From Oceanispirochaeta sp. (GTDB taxonomy: Bacteria; Spirochaetota; Spirochaetia; DSM-2461): a stretch of DNA of 64,000 nt. The notes below the pieces were generated by a model, which did not search any database, was not told where the DNA came from, and saw only the letters and a program-made list of their open reading frames with translations. Positions 16,835 to 26,358 of the stretch are shown here, one piece after another. Both the position numbers and the translations under genes were made by a program. The first letter of the stretch is position 1. Every line of letters starts with the position of its first letter. The stretch is taken from positions 1,344,001 to 1,408,000 of the forward strand of contig CAXXOA010000001.1 of assembly GCA_963666275.2 (NCBI GenBank). The letters run 5' to 3'.

Positions 16835-17842
16835 TTATCTGTTTCCCAGAGTTTCTCCCGGGTGCAGCTCCGGCAGTATCAGCCTCGCCTCGGAGGGCCC
16901 TGTCTTACCGGATATCACATCCAGCAGAAGGTTCACAGCTTCCATCCCCAGGGCAATCCGTTCGTTGCTCCAGCAGGTCCATTTCACATTCGAAGTAAAC
17001 CACTGGTCCTCCAGAAGGACGGCAGATATATCCTCTCCCAGAGTTAATCCCATGTCTTCGCAGGTTTTTTCAAGCTGGATCGCCAGTTCCTTTCTTTCCA
17101 GAAAGAGCAGACTGACCTCTTCATTGAGAAAATCCCGGATCATTGAATCAGTTATGCCCTCTGTTTTGACGCTGAGGCACTCTCCCCGACCCGAAATCTC
17201 CCAGGCCCGGTCAAGAAAATCCTGTCTGTCTGAGTAGGGTTCGCTGTTTTCGCTGTTCCGGAGGTACCGGCATCTGGTGTGGCCTTTTTCACAGGCCAGA
17301 CGGACAAGGTTCTCTATGACATTTTTATAGTCATAGTTCACCATATTAACCTGCCGCCCCTCCATATCCCTTCTTCCTATAAACACAAGAGGAAAGTTGT
17401 CGTCAATCAGCCTGAGCAGGACATCCGTATGCCGTTCGATACCGATGAGGATTCCTCCGTCCCCCAGTTTCAGTCTGTTCAGGTCAACCGGAGCCCCGTT
17501 GCTGTGGCGCTGTTTATTCGTCAGGAGGAGTATATCAAAACCGGTTTTTTCGGCAGTTTTCTCTATGCCCAGCAGAAACTCGTAAAATTCACTTTCCGCT
17601 TCAAAGGGAAAGGCCGCTTCATAGGAGAAAATAGACAGTATGTGCGATTTTCCCGACACAAGGTTCTGGGCGGCCGGGTTGGGGACATAGCCCAGTTTGC
17701 GGGCGGCTTCCTGAATCTTCTCCTGACTCTCTTTTCCCACCCGGATCCCTTTTCCCACTTTGTTGTTGAGAACTGCAGAAACCGCAGAGGGGGAGACCCC
17801 GGCTTCCTGCGCCACATCTTTGATACTGATCTTCTTCTTCAT
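16835..17842 (-). CDS. LacI-family transcriptional regulator
   Basis: ISIKDVAQEAGVSPSAVSAVLN, LGYVPNPAAQNL. Confidence 0.93.
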   Translation of the reverse strand: MKKKISIKDVAQEAGVSPSAVSAVLNNKVGKGIRVGKESQEKIQEAARKLGYVPNPAAQNLVSGKSHILSIFSYEAAFPFEAESEFYEFLLGIEKTAEKTGFDILLLTNKQRHSNGAPVDLNRLKLGDGGILIGIERHTDVLLRLIDDNFPLVFIGRRDMEGRQVNMVNYDYKNVIENLVRLACEKGHTRCRYLRNSENSEPYSDRQDFLDRAWEISGRGECLSVKTEGITDSMIRDFLNEEVSLLFLERKELAIQLEKTCEDMGLTLGEDISAVLLEDQWFTSNVKWTCWSNERIALGMEAVNLLLDVISGKTGPSEARLILPELHPGETLGNR

Positions 17843-17872
17843 ATGTAAACCTTCGCCTGAGTTTCTTATCTT

Positions 17873-19225
17873 TTAATCCGGGAGGAATGCCTTCTGCTTT
17901 TTTAACAGAGTCTGTATCTTTACAGGATCCAGATCCGGAAAGGCCAGTCCTGTCCGGACCGCAATCACAGCGGCAGCTCCTCCGGCATGCCCTATCGCAC
18001 CGGCTCCCGGGGTTGTTCTGAACGCGGCCTGGGCCTCGAATTCACCGGAAATGCATCGCCCCACTGTCAGCAGATTGGGAACCTGTGAATTCACCAGGGA
18101 GCGGTAGGGCAGAGTGTAGTACTCCCCCCAGGCCAGATGGCTGCTATAGGTATCCTCTCCGCTGGGGCTGTGGATATCCACAGGATACCCGTTACACACC
18201 ACCGCATCGGGGAATTTTCTCCCTTTCAGAATATCATCTTTTGTGACTGTGTATACACCTTTTATCTGCCGGGAGGAGCGGATCCCGATGGAGGGTCCTG
18301 TAAAACTCAGGACCGCATTCTGAAATCCGGGAATCCTCTTGCGGAAAAACGCCGCCAGTTCGGCCGCCTGCTTCCGGCCTTCCACTTCCGCCAGGGTCAG
18401 GTCATAGGGATCTGTTGGATCCAGCCCGGTAATCCGGGATGTATTGATGATCACTTCTCCGGGATTATTGGTTTCAAAAAACAGAATGTCTTCCCTCTGG
18501 AAAGAAAACTCTCCCGCCTCTCTGGCCTTCTGCAGAGTTTTGACAAAACCTCCAATCGAGAGTCTCCCCGCATTATTTATCAGGGAGGTATCTCCCTTCA
18601 AACGGGGAAACTCATCCGGGTTTTCCAGAATATAACGGCGGACTTCCGCCATATCCACACCGTACATTCTCAGTTTCATTGTCATGGGCTGACTGACGCC
18701 GTCATTGTTCCGGCCTTTGGTGAACTCCACCCCCGACCAGGCTGCAAGATCCGCATCTCCCGTGGCATCAATATAATGGTCTCCTTTCACATCCGAAAGG
18801 CCCGCCTTATTGCAGAGGGAGAGTCCGGTGATCCTGTCCTCCTCTTTGGACACCCCGGCCAGCATGGTGTGGTAGAGCAGTGTCCCTCCGGCTTCCAGGT
18901 ACATCGATTCCAGCTCGCTTTTCATTCCCTCCAGATCAAAGGGGGTGACAGAATAGGTATAGCCTGTGGTATCGAAGATATGCCCCGGTGAGAGTCCTTT
19001 GGCGGCCATACGTTCAATCAGCTCGCCCGTAATGCCCCGGATGACCTGATTGTCTCCGGCATGAAATGTCATCATGGGGCCGACGCCCGCACCTGTGAGC
19101 ATCCCGCCCAGATAGCCGTTCTTTTCAATGATCAGTGTTTTTACATTCTCTCTGGCTGCGGAAATCCCGGCTATTGCTCCGGAGATTCCCCCGCCTGATA
19201 TAATCAGTTCGTATGTTTTGGTCAC
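17873..19225 (-). CDS. FAD-dependent oxidoreductase
   Basis: GGGISG..AGISAAR, IDATGDAD, LPYRSL, GRCIS; probable GTG start at 19225. Confidence 0.88.
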   Translation of the reverse strand: MTKTYELIISGGGISGAIAGISAARENVKTLIIEKNGYLGGMLTGAGVGPMMTFHAGDNQVIRGITGELIERMAAKGLSPGHIFDTTGYTYSVTPFDLEGMKSELESMYLEAGGTLLYHTMLAGVSKEEDRITGLSLCNKAGLSDVKGDHYIDATGDADLAAWSGVEFTKGRNNDGVSQPMTMKLRMYGVDMAEVRRYILENPDEFPRLKGDTSLINNAGRLSIGGFVKTLQKAREAGEFSFQREDILFFETNNPGEVIINTSRITGLDPTDPYDLTLAEVEGRKQAAELAAFFRKRIPGFQNAVLSFTGPSIGIRSSRQIKGVYTVTKDDILKGRKFPDAVVCNGYPVDIHSPSGEDTYSSHLAWGEYYTLPYRSLVNSQVPNLLTVGRCISGEFEAQAAFRTTPGAGAIGHAGGAAAVIAVRTGLAFPDLDPVKIQTLLKKQKAFLPD

Positions 19226-19230
19226 TTGTA

Positions 19231-20073
19231 TTATCCTTTGAGTCCTGAAAAAGCCATAGCATTGGTAATCCTCTTCTGAAAAAGGATATAGACAATGAGA
19301 ATCGGGATCACCGAAGCGCTGGTGGCTGCCAGCTGCATATGCCACTGGGGAAGCCCGTAGGAGTCATTGAAGTTGGCCAGGGCCAGGGGGATGGTAAACC
19401 TGGGGACGGAATCAATGAAAACCAGGGGTTCAAGGAATGTGTTCCAGCTGTAGAGAAACGACAGGATCGCCGTGGCGCTGAATACGGGAGTTGAAAGTGG
19501 TACTATGATCTTCAGATAGGTTTTAAAAGGCGAGAGTCCGTCCATATGGGCGGCTTCCTCCAGTTCATCGGGAATGGTGATAAAAAACTGCCTGGTCATA
19601 AAAGTTGTAAATGCCCCCTGGGCACCGAACACCGGGATCAGAATCAGAGGAATATGGGTGTCGATCAGGGCCAGTTTCTTCATGAAAAAGAAGTTGGGAA
19701 CAATGGTGACTTCAATGGGCATCATGAGGGAGCTTAAAAGGAGCAGAAACAGGAAGTTCCTTCCCCTGAAATGCATTTTGGCAAAAGCATAACCGGCCAG
19801 TCCGGAAACAAAAAGATTTCCCGCAGTAACAAGAACAGCAATATAGAGGCTGTTGAAACTCTGCCGGGCAAAAGGCTGATAACTGAAGGCTTCCCTGTAA
19901 TTCCGCCATTGCCATCCTTCGGGCAGAAGCCGGGGCATACCGAATATCTGATCCGGTGTATTGAGGGAATTGATAAGCATCCACCAGAAGGGATAGATGA
20001 AGGGGATCGAGATCAGAATGAGAACTATATAGCGTACCGCAATGGGATTGGCGGAGGGGATTTTAATTTTCAT
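19231..20073 (-). CDS. Carbohydrate ABC transporter permease (MalG-like)
   Basis: IPDELEEAAHMDG EAA loop, WN.FL.PL. Confidence 0.93.
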   Translation of the reverse strand: MKIKIPSANPIAVRYIVLILISIPFIYPFWWMLINSLNTPDQIFGMPRLLPEGWQWRNYREAFSYQPFARQSFNSLYIAVLVTAGNLFVSGLAGYAFAKMHFRGRNFLFLLLLSSLMMPIEVTIVPNFFFMKKLALIDTHIPLILIPVFGAQGAFTTFMTRQFFITIPDELEEAAHMDGLSPFKTYLKIIVPLSTPVFSATAILSFLYSWNTFLEPLVFIDSVPRFTIPLALANFNDSYGLPQWHMQLAATSASVIPILIVYILFQKRITNAMAFSGLKG

Positions 20074-20950
20074 AGTGGCTTATCCTTTTTCTTGCACTCC
20101 ACTGGATGATCGTCATTATCAGGACAACTGAGAATAGAACTAGGGCTACAGCACTGGCATAGCCGTACTGGAAAAACTGAAAGGCCTGAAAATAGATATA
20201 GTAGACAAGCACCATGGTGGAGTGGTTCGGTCCTCCTCCTGTCAGAAGAAGGATTGTATCAAAAACCTTCAGAGAACCTATCACTGTGATGATGCTCACC
20301 ATCAGAAGAGAGGGCATCAGAAGGGGAATGGTTATATTGAAAAATGTCCGGACTTTTCCGGCTCCATCCATCGTGGCCGCTTCATAGTAGTGCCGGGGCA
20401 GATTCATCACAGCCGCCAGAAATATAATCACATTCATTCCCAGGTTCTTGATGACCCTGTTCACTATCACACTGAACATGGCCCACCCGGGCTCATGGAG
20501 CCAGTTGGGCCCTTCGATTCCGAATACGCCCAGAAGGGCATTGACGGCTCCCTGGTCTCCTCCCTGAAGAAGGAATTTCCAGACGATTGCCCAGGCAACG
20601 GCGGAAGTGACTACGGGAGCGAAAATAATGGTTCTGAATGCTCCCACACCCCGGAAAGGTTTCGAAAGGAGTATGGCTATGAGCAGGGAAAGGATGATAT
20701 TCAGGGGGACCTGACCAAAGGAAAAGACCAGGGTGTTCTTTATGGTTTTCCAGAATATAGGATCTTCAAAAAGCATCTTTGAGTAGTTGGCAAATCCCGC
20801 AAACCGGTTCACATTGGTCAGGAGGTTTCTTTCCTGAAAGCTGTAGATAATGATGGCAGCCAGAGGCCCGAGGACAAAAATCAAATATCCAACCATTTGG
20901 GGGGCAATAAAAAAATAGGCTGTAATCGGGCTTTTTCTGTTTTTAGTCAT
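20063..20950 (-). CDS. Carbohydrate ABC transporter permease (MalF-like)
   Basis: YYEAATMDGA, ITIPLL.P, TGGGP, GYASA. Confidence 0.93.
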   Translation of the reverse strand: MTKNRKSPITAYFFIAPQMVGYLIFVLGPLAAIIIYSFQERNLLTNVNRFAGFANYSKMLFEDPIFWKTIKNTLVFSFGQVPLNIILSLLIAILLSKPFRGVGAFRTIIFAPVVTSAVAWAIVWKFLLQGGDQGAVNALLGVFGIEGPNWLHEPGWAMFSVIVNRVIKNLGMNVIIFLAAVMNLPRHYYEAATMDGAGKVRTFFNITIPLLMPSLLMVSIITVIGSLKVFDTILLLTGGGPNHSTMVLVYYIYFQAFQFFQYGYASAVALVLFSVVLIMTIIQWSARKRISHYEN

Positions 20951-20967
20951 GAAAAAATATCCTTGAA

Positions 20968-20990
20968 GGCCGCCCCGGACCGGGACGGCC
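20968..20990 (-). terminator. Intercistronic hairpin after the binding-protein gene
   Basis: GGCCGCCCCGG-A-CCGGGACGGCC near-perfect GC stem. Confidence 0.5.
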
Positions 20991-20999
20991 GGAGAGTTC

Positions 21000-22286
21000 T
21001 TACATCTGGCTTTTAATAGCCTGTGCTACGGAATCAAGAACCGCCTGAACATCGGCATCCTTATTCCAGAGTCGGTCAAATTCTCCCGAGGCACTCAGGG
21101 AAATCTGGGGAAACTTCTCGTGAAAGGGAAGGACTTTTCCGTATTTCAAACCCGGTACCACCGCTGAAAGCATCTGCTCCATGGGAATATCCGGATTGCC
21201 GTCCAGAAATTCGCTTGAGTTCATCACTGATTCTCTGGCAGGAGGCCAGTAGCGGGCCATACGGCTTACATTCTCTTTATTGGTCATAAAGGCAACGAAG
21301 GCCGCTGCGGCGTCCCTGTTTCTGCCCGAAGAGAAGGCAACGATCGCTGCCTGCCCTATGGTACTTGAAGAGGCGGGGCCTTCCGGACCCTGGGGCAGAG
21401 GAGCAATCGCCCATTCCCAGCTGACATCCTTGAGTTTTGATACCCTGCTTATCTGTCCGGTGGTCATGGCGGCAGCTCCCGCATAGAAGTCGCTTAAATC
21501 TCCCGGAGGAACTACGCTTTCATCCTCATAGACCATATCGTGGAAAAGCTGAACTGCTCGTACGGCTTCGGGAGAATTGATCAGGACGTTTCCACTCTGA
21601 TCCCAGGCATCGCCGCCGTATCCCCGGATCATAGGAACCAGATTATGCCAGACCCTGGCGCCGTAGGCGGCGCCGTCCATGCCCTGGAATCCATAGGTTC
21701 CTGTAGATTTTTTTACTCCTGCGGAAATCTCGCGGAAGGCTTCCCAGGTCCATTCTCCCCGGGCTGCCAGATCTCCGGGAGTGGGAACTCCCGCTTTATC
21801 CAGCAGGGTTTTATTGTAAATAACGATGAAGGGAGAGGTGGAAAAGGGGACTCCGTAGACTTTACCGTTATTAACCCACAGGCCCATGGCACTGGAGGAA
21901 AAATCTTCATAATCATACTTCTTCATTTCCCCGGTCAGATCCTCAAGAACACCCGCATTGACAAAGGTGGGGGCAGATGACTCTACAAGCCAGCCTATAT
22001 CGGGAGGATTGGAACCCGAGAGCTGCAGTGTTACCTTGGGTACATAATCTCCGAAGGGGATAGAGTCCACAGTGAGATCTATCTGGTAAGTATCCTGGGA
22101 GGCATTGAACTCATCTGCCATGGTTTTAAACATGGCAAGCTGAGTTTCATTGCTGGTCCAGGTAGTAAAACGCAATGGAATAATACCGTTTTGCTCCTCC
22201 GGACCGGTGCTTTTCTGGCCGTTGGCAGTGACTCCGGCTGTTATGATTGCTAACAGGGCAGCCACAAGAAGGATGCTTTTTTTCAT
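21000..22286 (-). CDS. Carbohydrate ABC transporter substrate-binding protein
   Basis: Signal peptide + ANGQK, GKVYGVP, YNK.LL.KAGV, WTWE. Confidence 0.92.
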   Translation of the reverse strand: MKKSILLVAALLAIITAGVTANGQKSTGPEEQNGIIPLRFTTWTSNETQLAMFKTMADEFNASQDTYQIDLTVDSIPFGDYVPKVTLQLSGSNPPDIGWLVESSAPTFVNAGVLEDLTGEMKKYDYEDFSSSAMGLWVNNGKVYGVPFSTSPFIVIYNKTLLDKAGVPTPGDLAARGEWTWEAFREISAGVKKSTGTYGFQGMDGAAYGARVWHNLVPMIRGYGGDAWDQSGNVLINSPEAVRAVQLFHDMVYEDESVVPPGDLSDFYAGAAAMTTGQISRVSKLKDVSWEWAIAPLPQGPEGPASSSTIGQAAIVAFSSGRNRDAAAAFVAFMTNKENVSRMARYWPPARESVMNSSEFLDGNPDIPMEQMLSAVVPGLKYGKVLPFHEKFPQISLSASGEFDRLWNKDADVQAVLDSVAQAIKSQM

Positions 22287-22327
22287 AATGATTCTCCTTT
22301 TGTACATTCTATAACGGATTAGGCACT

Positions 22328-22377
22328 TTGATAAACCGTTTTATCTGGATGATAAATCGGTTTATCAAAGCTGTCAA
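22328..22377 (-). promoter_or_regulatory. Sigma70 promoter overlapped by two LacI-type operators
   Basis: Minus strand TTGACA (22377-22372)-N17-TATCAT (22354-22349); near-palindromes GATAAACCGTTTTATC (22330-22345) and GATAAATCGGTTTATC (22351-22366) with central CG. Confidence 0.8.
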
Positions 22378-22419
22378 GAGTATTTTTTACCTGCCCGGAT
22401 CAGGAGAATCCCCTGATTA

Positions 22420-23157
22420 TCAGTCCTGGGAGCCTTTTCCTCCTTTGACAAGCAGCCAGATACCGAACCATCCCTCGGCAATGACCGATGGAAAAGCGAC
22501 AACAGCGGTAAACAATCTCGCATAGTTCTGGTAATCAGACATCAGGGTATGGGCCATTGTGTCCAGCATATAGGCTGATCCTGAGAGAATCAGAATAATT
22601 CCCAGAAAGAGAGGAGCGCTTTTTGTTCTGACAATAAGATAACCCATTACTATCAGGTGAACTCCAAAAGCTGTCAGACCTATGAGCCAGATAGAATTAA
22701 AAGATTCCAGTGCCACTGCGGCATGGGCATCGAGGACTTCCTGTCCGATGATTTCGAGCCCTCCCGTTCCCTGAAGCAGCTGTATCGCCTGAAAATAGAA
22801 TACCAGCGCCACCCCCAGAAAGACTGTATAGACTATGCGAAACCAGGCGGCCAGCAAAGAGATCTCTCTGTGATTATCCCTGAATAGGATGTAAAGACCC
22901 CAGGCTACGAACACATCAATCAGAAACACAAGGAGGAAACTGGCCATTCCCAGACGGAAAAGCCCCAGGGAATTTCTTATATTTTCCGCTGTTTCAGCTG
23001 TCTTTCCCGGAACAATCAATCCTTCCTTTACAAGGAAATTGGCAAAAACAGCTAATACAAAAAGGCTTAAATAGCCGAATCCCGCTATGAGGGATGCCTT
23101 TCTCTGATCCGTATAGGGCGCCCCGGCAGGGGACATCTCCGACATGGTTTTCTTCAT
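22420..23157 (-). CDS. DUF4386-family membrane protein
   Basis: IAGFGYL, D.FVAWGLY.LF, AAWFR, E..FGIWLLVKG. Confidence 0.75.
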   Translation of the reverse strand: MKKTMSEMSPAGAPYTDQRKASLIAGFGYLSLFVLAVFANFLVKEGLIVPGKTAETAENIRNSLGLFRLGMASFLLVFLIDVFVAWGLYILFRDNHREISLLAAWFRIVYTVFLGVALVFYFQAIQLLQGTGGLEIIGQEVLDAHAAVALESFNSIWLIGLTAFGVHLIVMGYLIVRTKSAPLFLGIILILSGSAYMLDTMAHTLMSDYQNYARLFTAVVAFPSVIAEGWFGIWLLVKGGKGSQD

Positions 23158-23215
23158 CTTTCTCTACTCCTTAAAAGATTCAATGTACTTGCGACAGAAC
23201 AGATCCCTTTATGTT

Positions 23216-23252
23216 CGTACGGTGTACTATTATAGTAATAGTACACCGTACG
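23216..23252. promoter_or_regulatory. Perfect 17-bp inverted repeat, probable operator
   Basis: CGTACGGTGTACTATTA-TAG-TAATAGTACACCGTACG. Confidence 0.65.
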
Positions 23253-23362
23253 GATATCAAGATTTTTTAAACATTAATTTTGAAAATTCCCGGATTCCGT
23301 GTATAGTTTAAAAAGGTCAGTTTAAATACATTTTTTTAAACCATTTAAAATGAGAATCGGAG

Positions 23363-23662
23363 TTGAAAAACCGCAGTAAAACTTTAAAAAATATTATCGC
23401 AAAGATCTCCGGTTTTATGGGATACCATTCTCTGCGCATTTTCGGCAGCATTCCCCGGCACAATACCTATCGTATTCCCGTACTCCTGGAAAGGGATCTG
23501 GATTTATTCCTTGGGGAAGGGGAAACCATTCACTGCCTTGTCTGCCGGAACACACTCACAAGTCAAAATATAGGGACTCTGGTTGCCTTTGAAGGGAAAT
23601 ACAGGTTCTGCTGTAAAAGCATTTCCTGTCAGGATAAACTGCGGGGACAGGGATATGAATAG
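23363..23662 (+). CDS. Small hypothetical protein with CxxC and CCxxxxC
   Basis: HCLVCRN...FCCKSISC; GGAG immediately before the TTG start; stop overlaps the next start. Confidence 0.55.
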   Translation: MKNRSKTLKNIIAKISGFMGYHSLRIFGSIPRHNTYRIPVLLERDLDLFLGEGETIHCLVCRNTLTSQNIGTLVAFEGKYRFCCKSISCQDKLRGQGYE

Positions 23663-24896
23663 TCTATCCAATTTTATCCATAAGTGCTCAGTCAATGCCG
23701 GTATCTGTACCAGGATAAACCACTATCTTAAGGATAAGGGGTATCTCTACCGCCTTGTCTGGATGGATAAAATCCTGAAATCGGGAAAAATCCTCCCTCT
23801 GGATCAGCAGTTCATCACTGTTATTCCTGAGGATGATAACGAGACAAGTCAGGTCCTTCAGGCATTTCAGGCTTTTCTGTACAGCTTTCACAGAAAAGTC
23901 TACAGAAAAATTAATAACGAATTCAGCAAAGCCCTGGATTATGCCCTTCTGAGAGGTCTTGCTCTCTCTATGGATACAGAAGCCATTGAAATCTTCCATG
24001 AAAACTACCTGGCCCTTCTTGAGGGTAAACCCGAGATTCAGAGTATTTACCAGAAATTGTCAAATCTGGATGATCGGGGACTCCTGCAGTCTGTATTCAT
24101 GAAAGAGCTCTTCAATCTTCCTGCCAATGGAAAGGACTATTCCGAGGAGCTCGCCGGACTGATCGAGTTTCTCAGGCTTCCAACCCGGGATTATTACCTC
24201 AATGGTGATATCCGGATTGCCCTTTATGATAAGAACTTTCCTGTCCCCTCGGAAATCTCCCGTGTCTGCTGCGATAGAATCTATGTTTCCCAGCTCACAC
24301 CCCGCGGCAGGTCTGTCCGTATAACAGCCCCGGTTCCCAGCGAAGCCGAGCAGAGAGTCTTTAAAAGGAAAATTCAGGCAAGCCGTCTCAAACCCGGAGA
24401 AGAAGCCCATGGCTGGGTCATGAGAGTAGAATCGGATGTTGTCCTTTTTGATCTGGACGGCATGCAGGGAATCCTCTTCAAGGAGGATTTCGGATGGCAT
24501 CGCCTCCAGAAATCGGAAGTTTTCCATAATGGAGATTTCTGTGATATACAGGTGGAGAGTATTGATTATAAACAGTGCAGAATCTATCTGAGCAACAGAA
24601 AAGAAACCCTTGATCCCAGAAAGACTCTGGGGTTTCCGGAGATCTATACGATTGTGAAGACCCATATAGTCAGAGAATTTCACACCTATATGGTCGGTCT
24701 GTACAGAGGGACTTTTGAAATAATGATTCCCAAAGAGGAGTTGCCTGAAAAGAACAGGTATTTCCCCTCCAGTCTTATCGGAACTTCAGTCCCGCTGCTT
24801 ATCTATTACATCGATGACAAAAGCCGCCTCTATGGCAGCATCAAAAAGACACATCTGGATAACAATGATCCTCATATTCCCTACTCATCCTACTGA
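23655..24896 (+). CDS. Hypothetical protein with C-terminal S1 (OB-fold) domain(s)
   Basis: LKPGEEAHGWV..VE...V.FDL.G..G.L...DFGW...V.SID....RI.LS matches the S1 pattern. Confidence 0.65.
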   Translation: MNSLSNFIHKCSVNAGICTRINHYLKDKGYLYRLVWMDKILKSGKILPLDQQFITVIPEDDNETSQVLQAFQAFLYSFHRKVYRKINNEFSKALDYALLRGLALSMDTEAIEIFHENYLALLEGKPEIQSIYQKLSNLDDRGLLQSVFMKELFNLPANGKDYSEELAGLIEFLRLPTRDYYLNGDIRIALYDKNFPVPSEISRVCCDRIYVSQLTPRGRSVRITAPVPSEAEQRVFKRKIQASRLKPGEEAHGWVMRVESDVVLFDLDGMQGILFKEDFGWHRLQKSEVFHNGDFCDIQVESIDYKQCRIYLSNRKETLDPRKTLGFPEIYTIVKTHIVREFHTYMVGLYRGTFEIMIPKEELPEKNRYFPSSLIGTSVPLLIYYIDDKSRLYGSIKKTHLDNNDPHIPYSSY

Positions 24897-24917
24897 GGAG
24901 GGAATGCTGTACTTTCC

Positions 24918-25595
24918 TTATATCCGTGGGATTACAAACAGGTATATGCTCCCGTAAAAAAAGGCGCTTCCGGCTACGACGAAAAGATGCCAGATGGCAT
25001 GGTAGAAGGGCAGTTTTTTGGCGGCATAGAAAAGGGTTCCCACCGTATAGGAGAGACCGCCTCCCAGGATCCAGAAGCCCGCTTCGGGGGGGATGATTTT
25101 TCTCAGATCCCCCAGATAAAATACAATCATCCATCCCATAAGCAGATAGATCAATGTATGCAGCGGTTTGAGTCTGTTCCAGAATACAAGTTTAAACACC
25201 GATCCCAGAAGAACGATCGACCAGATCAGCCATAAGAGGGGGATTCCTCTGGAAGGGGGAAGTACAAGGCAGAAAGGAGTGTAGGTTCCTGCGATCAGAA
25301 TGTAGATATTGATATGATCCAGTATCCTCAGAAAACGCTTGGCCGGTGAAGGCTTCAGAAAATGATAGACCGCGGAGGATGTGTAGGTCAGTATCATGGA
25401 AAGTCCGAAAACAGCAGAACCTGTCAGAGCGGCAAAATCAGCATGACTCCCTGCATGGATAAGGAGCAGAATAAGGCCGGTCAGAGAGAGAACAGCTCCC
25501 ATGGCATGGGTGATTCCGTTCATAAACTCTTCCCGTGGTGAGTCATGACTGTGTAGAGCGATCCGGCTTTCAAGCCAGTTTGTGATAGTTTTCAT
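24918..25595 (-). CDS. Hemolysin III / PAQR family membrane protein (YqfA/TrhA-like)
   Basis: EE..N.ITH, SAVYH, LDH..IY.LIAGTYTPF, HAIWHLFV. Confidence 0.93.
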   Translation of the reverse strand: MKTITNWLESRIALHSHDSPREEFMNGITHAMGAVLSLTGLILLLIHAGSHADFAALTGSAVFGLSMILTYTSSAVYHFLKPSPAKRFLRILDHINIYILIAGTYTPFCLVLPPSRGIPLLWLIWSIVLLGSVFKLVFWNRLKPLHTLIYLLMGWMIVFYLGDLRKIIPPEAGFWILGGGLSYTVGTLFYAAKKLPFYHAIWHLFVVAGSAFFYGSIYLFVIPRI

Positions 25596-25921
25596 ATATT
25601 CCTCCCGATAGGCTGATCATAAACCTGTCCTGAGGGGAAAGGTCTATAGTGTTTTCCTAGTATAAACAGACTATTTGATCCTCTTCTCTCCACAAACCGG
25701 GGATATTCAGGGAAAATCCGGACTGAGACCCGGTTCGGGCTGTTCAATCTTTCAGGGAAGGTATGGTTGCATTGATCCTGAAGGTACGGGATAATGCCTT
25801 CAACTCTGACCATGATAAGATATTCCCCCATACGGCCGTTTCAGAGGAAATTATTTTTCCCTCTTCTATTGATTGGCAGCGGAGTCGTCTTTTAAACTTA
25901 AAAAGAGTCCAGGAGAAAAGT

Positions 25922-26341
25922 ATGGAATGGCATCAATCATCCCGTCTGATCAAATCGGAAGATCTGAATCATCACGGTACCCTTTTTGCCGGCCGCATGG
26001 CCGAATGGTTTGTTGAAAGCAGCTTTGTCGCCGCCGCTCTGGCTGTGGGTAATCCCGATCAGATTGTCTGTCTGAAAATACACGGTATGCGATTCAACAT
26101 TCCCGCCAGGAAAGGGGATATCCTCAAAATCAGATCAAAAGTGGTCGATGCGGGTATTACAAGTATGACTGTATTCAACCAGACATTCTCTACAGGCACA
26201 GGCAAGGTCCTGGTAGAAGGATTTATCACTTTTGTGAGTGTTGACGGTGAGGGAAAAAAAATGGCTCATAATATTGTAATCGAAGCCTGGGATCAGGAAG
26301 AACTTGCACTGCAGGCCCGTGCACGAAGTTTGAAACAGTAA
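25922..26341 (+). CDS. Hotdog-fold acyl-CoA thioesterase
   Basis: EDLNHHGTLFAGR, FITFVSVD; start after AGGAG. Confidence 0.85.
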   Translation: MEWHQSSRLIKSEDLNHHGTLFAGRMAEWFVESSFVAAALAVGNPDQIVCLKIHGMRFNIPARKGDILKIRSKVVDAGITSMTVFNQTFSTGTGKVLVEGFITFVSVDGEGKKMAHNIVIEAWDQEELALQARARSLKQ

Positions 26342-26358
26342 ATCAGGAGAGAAACGCT

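Noticed and set aside
17454..17463. 10-mer inside lacI as an insertion
   Set aside because: Single copy encoding LGDGGI, which fits the normal LacI DG-I motif; probably coincidental
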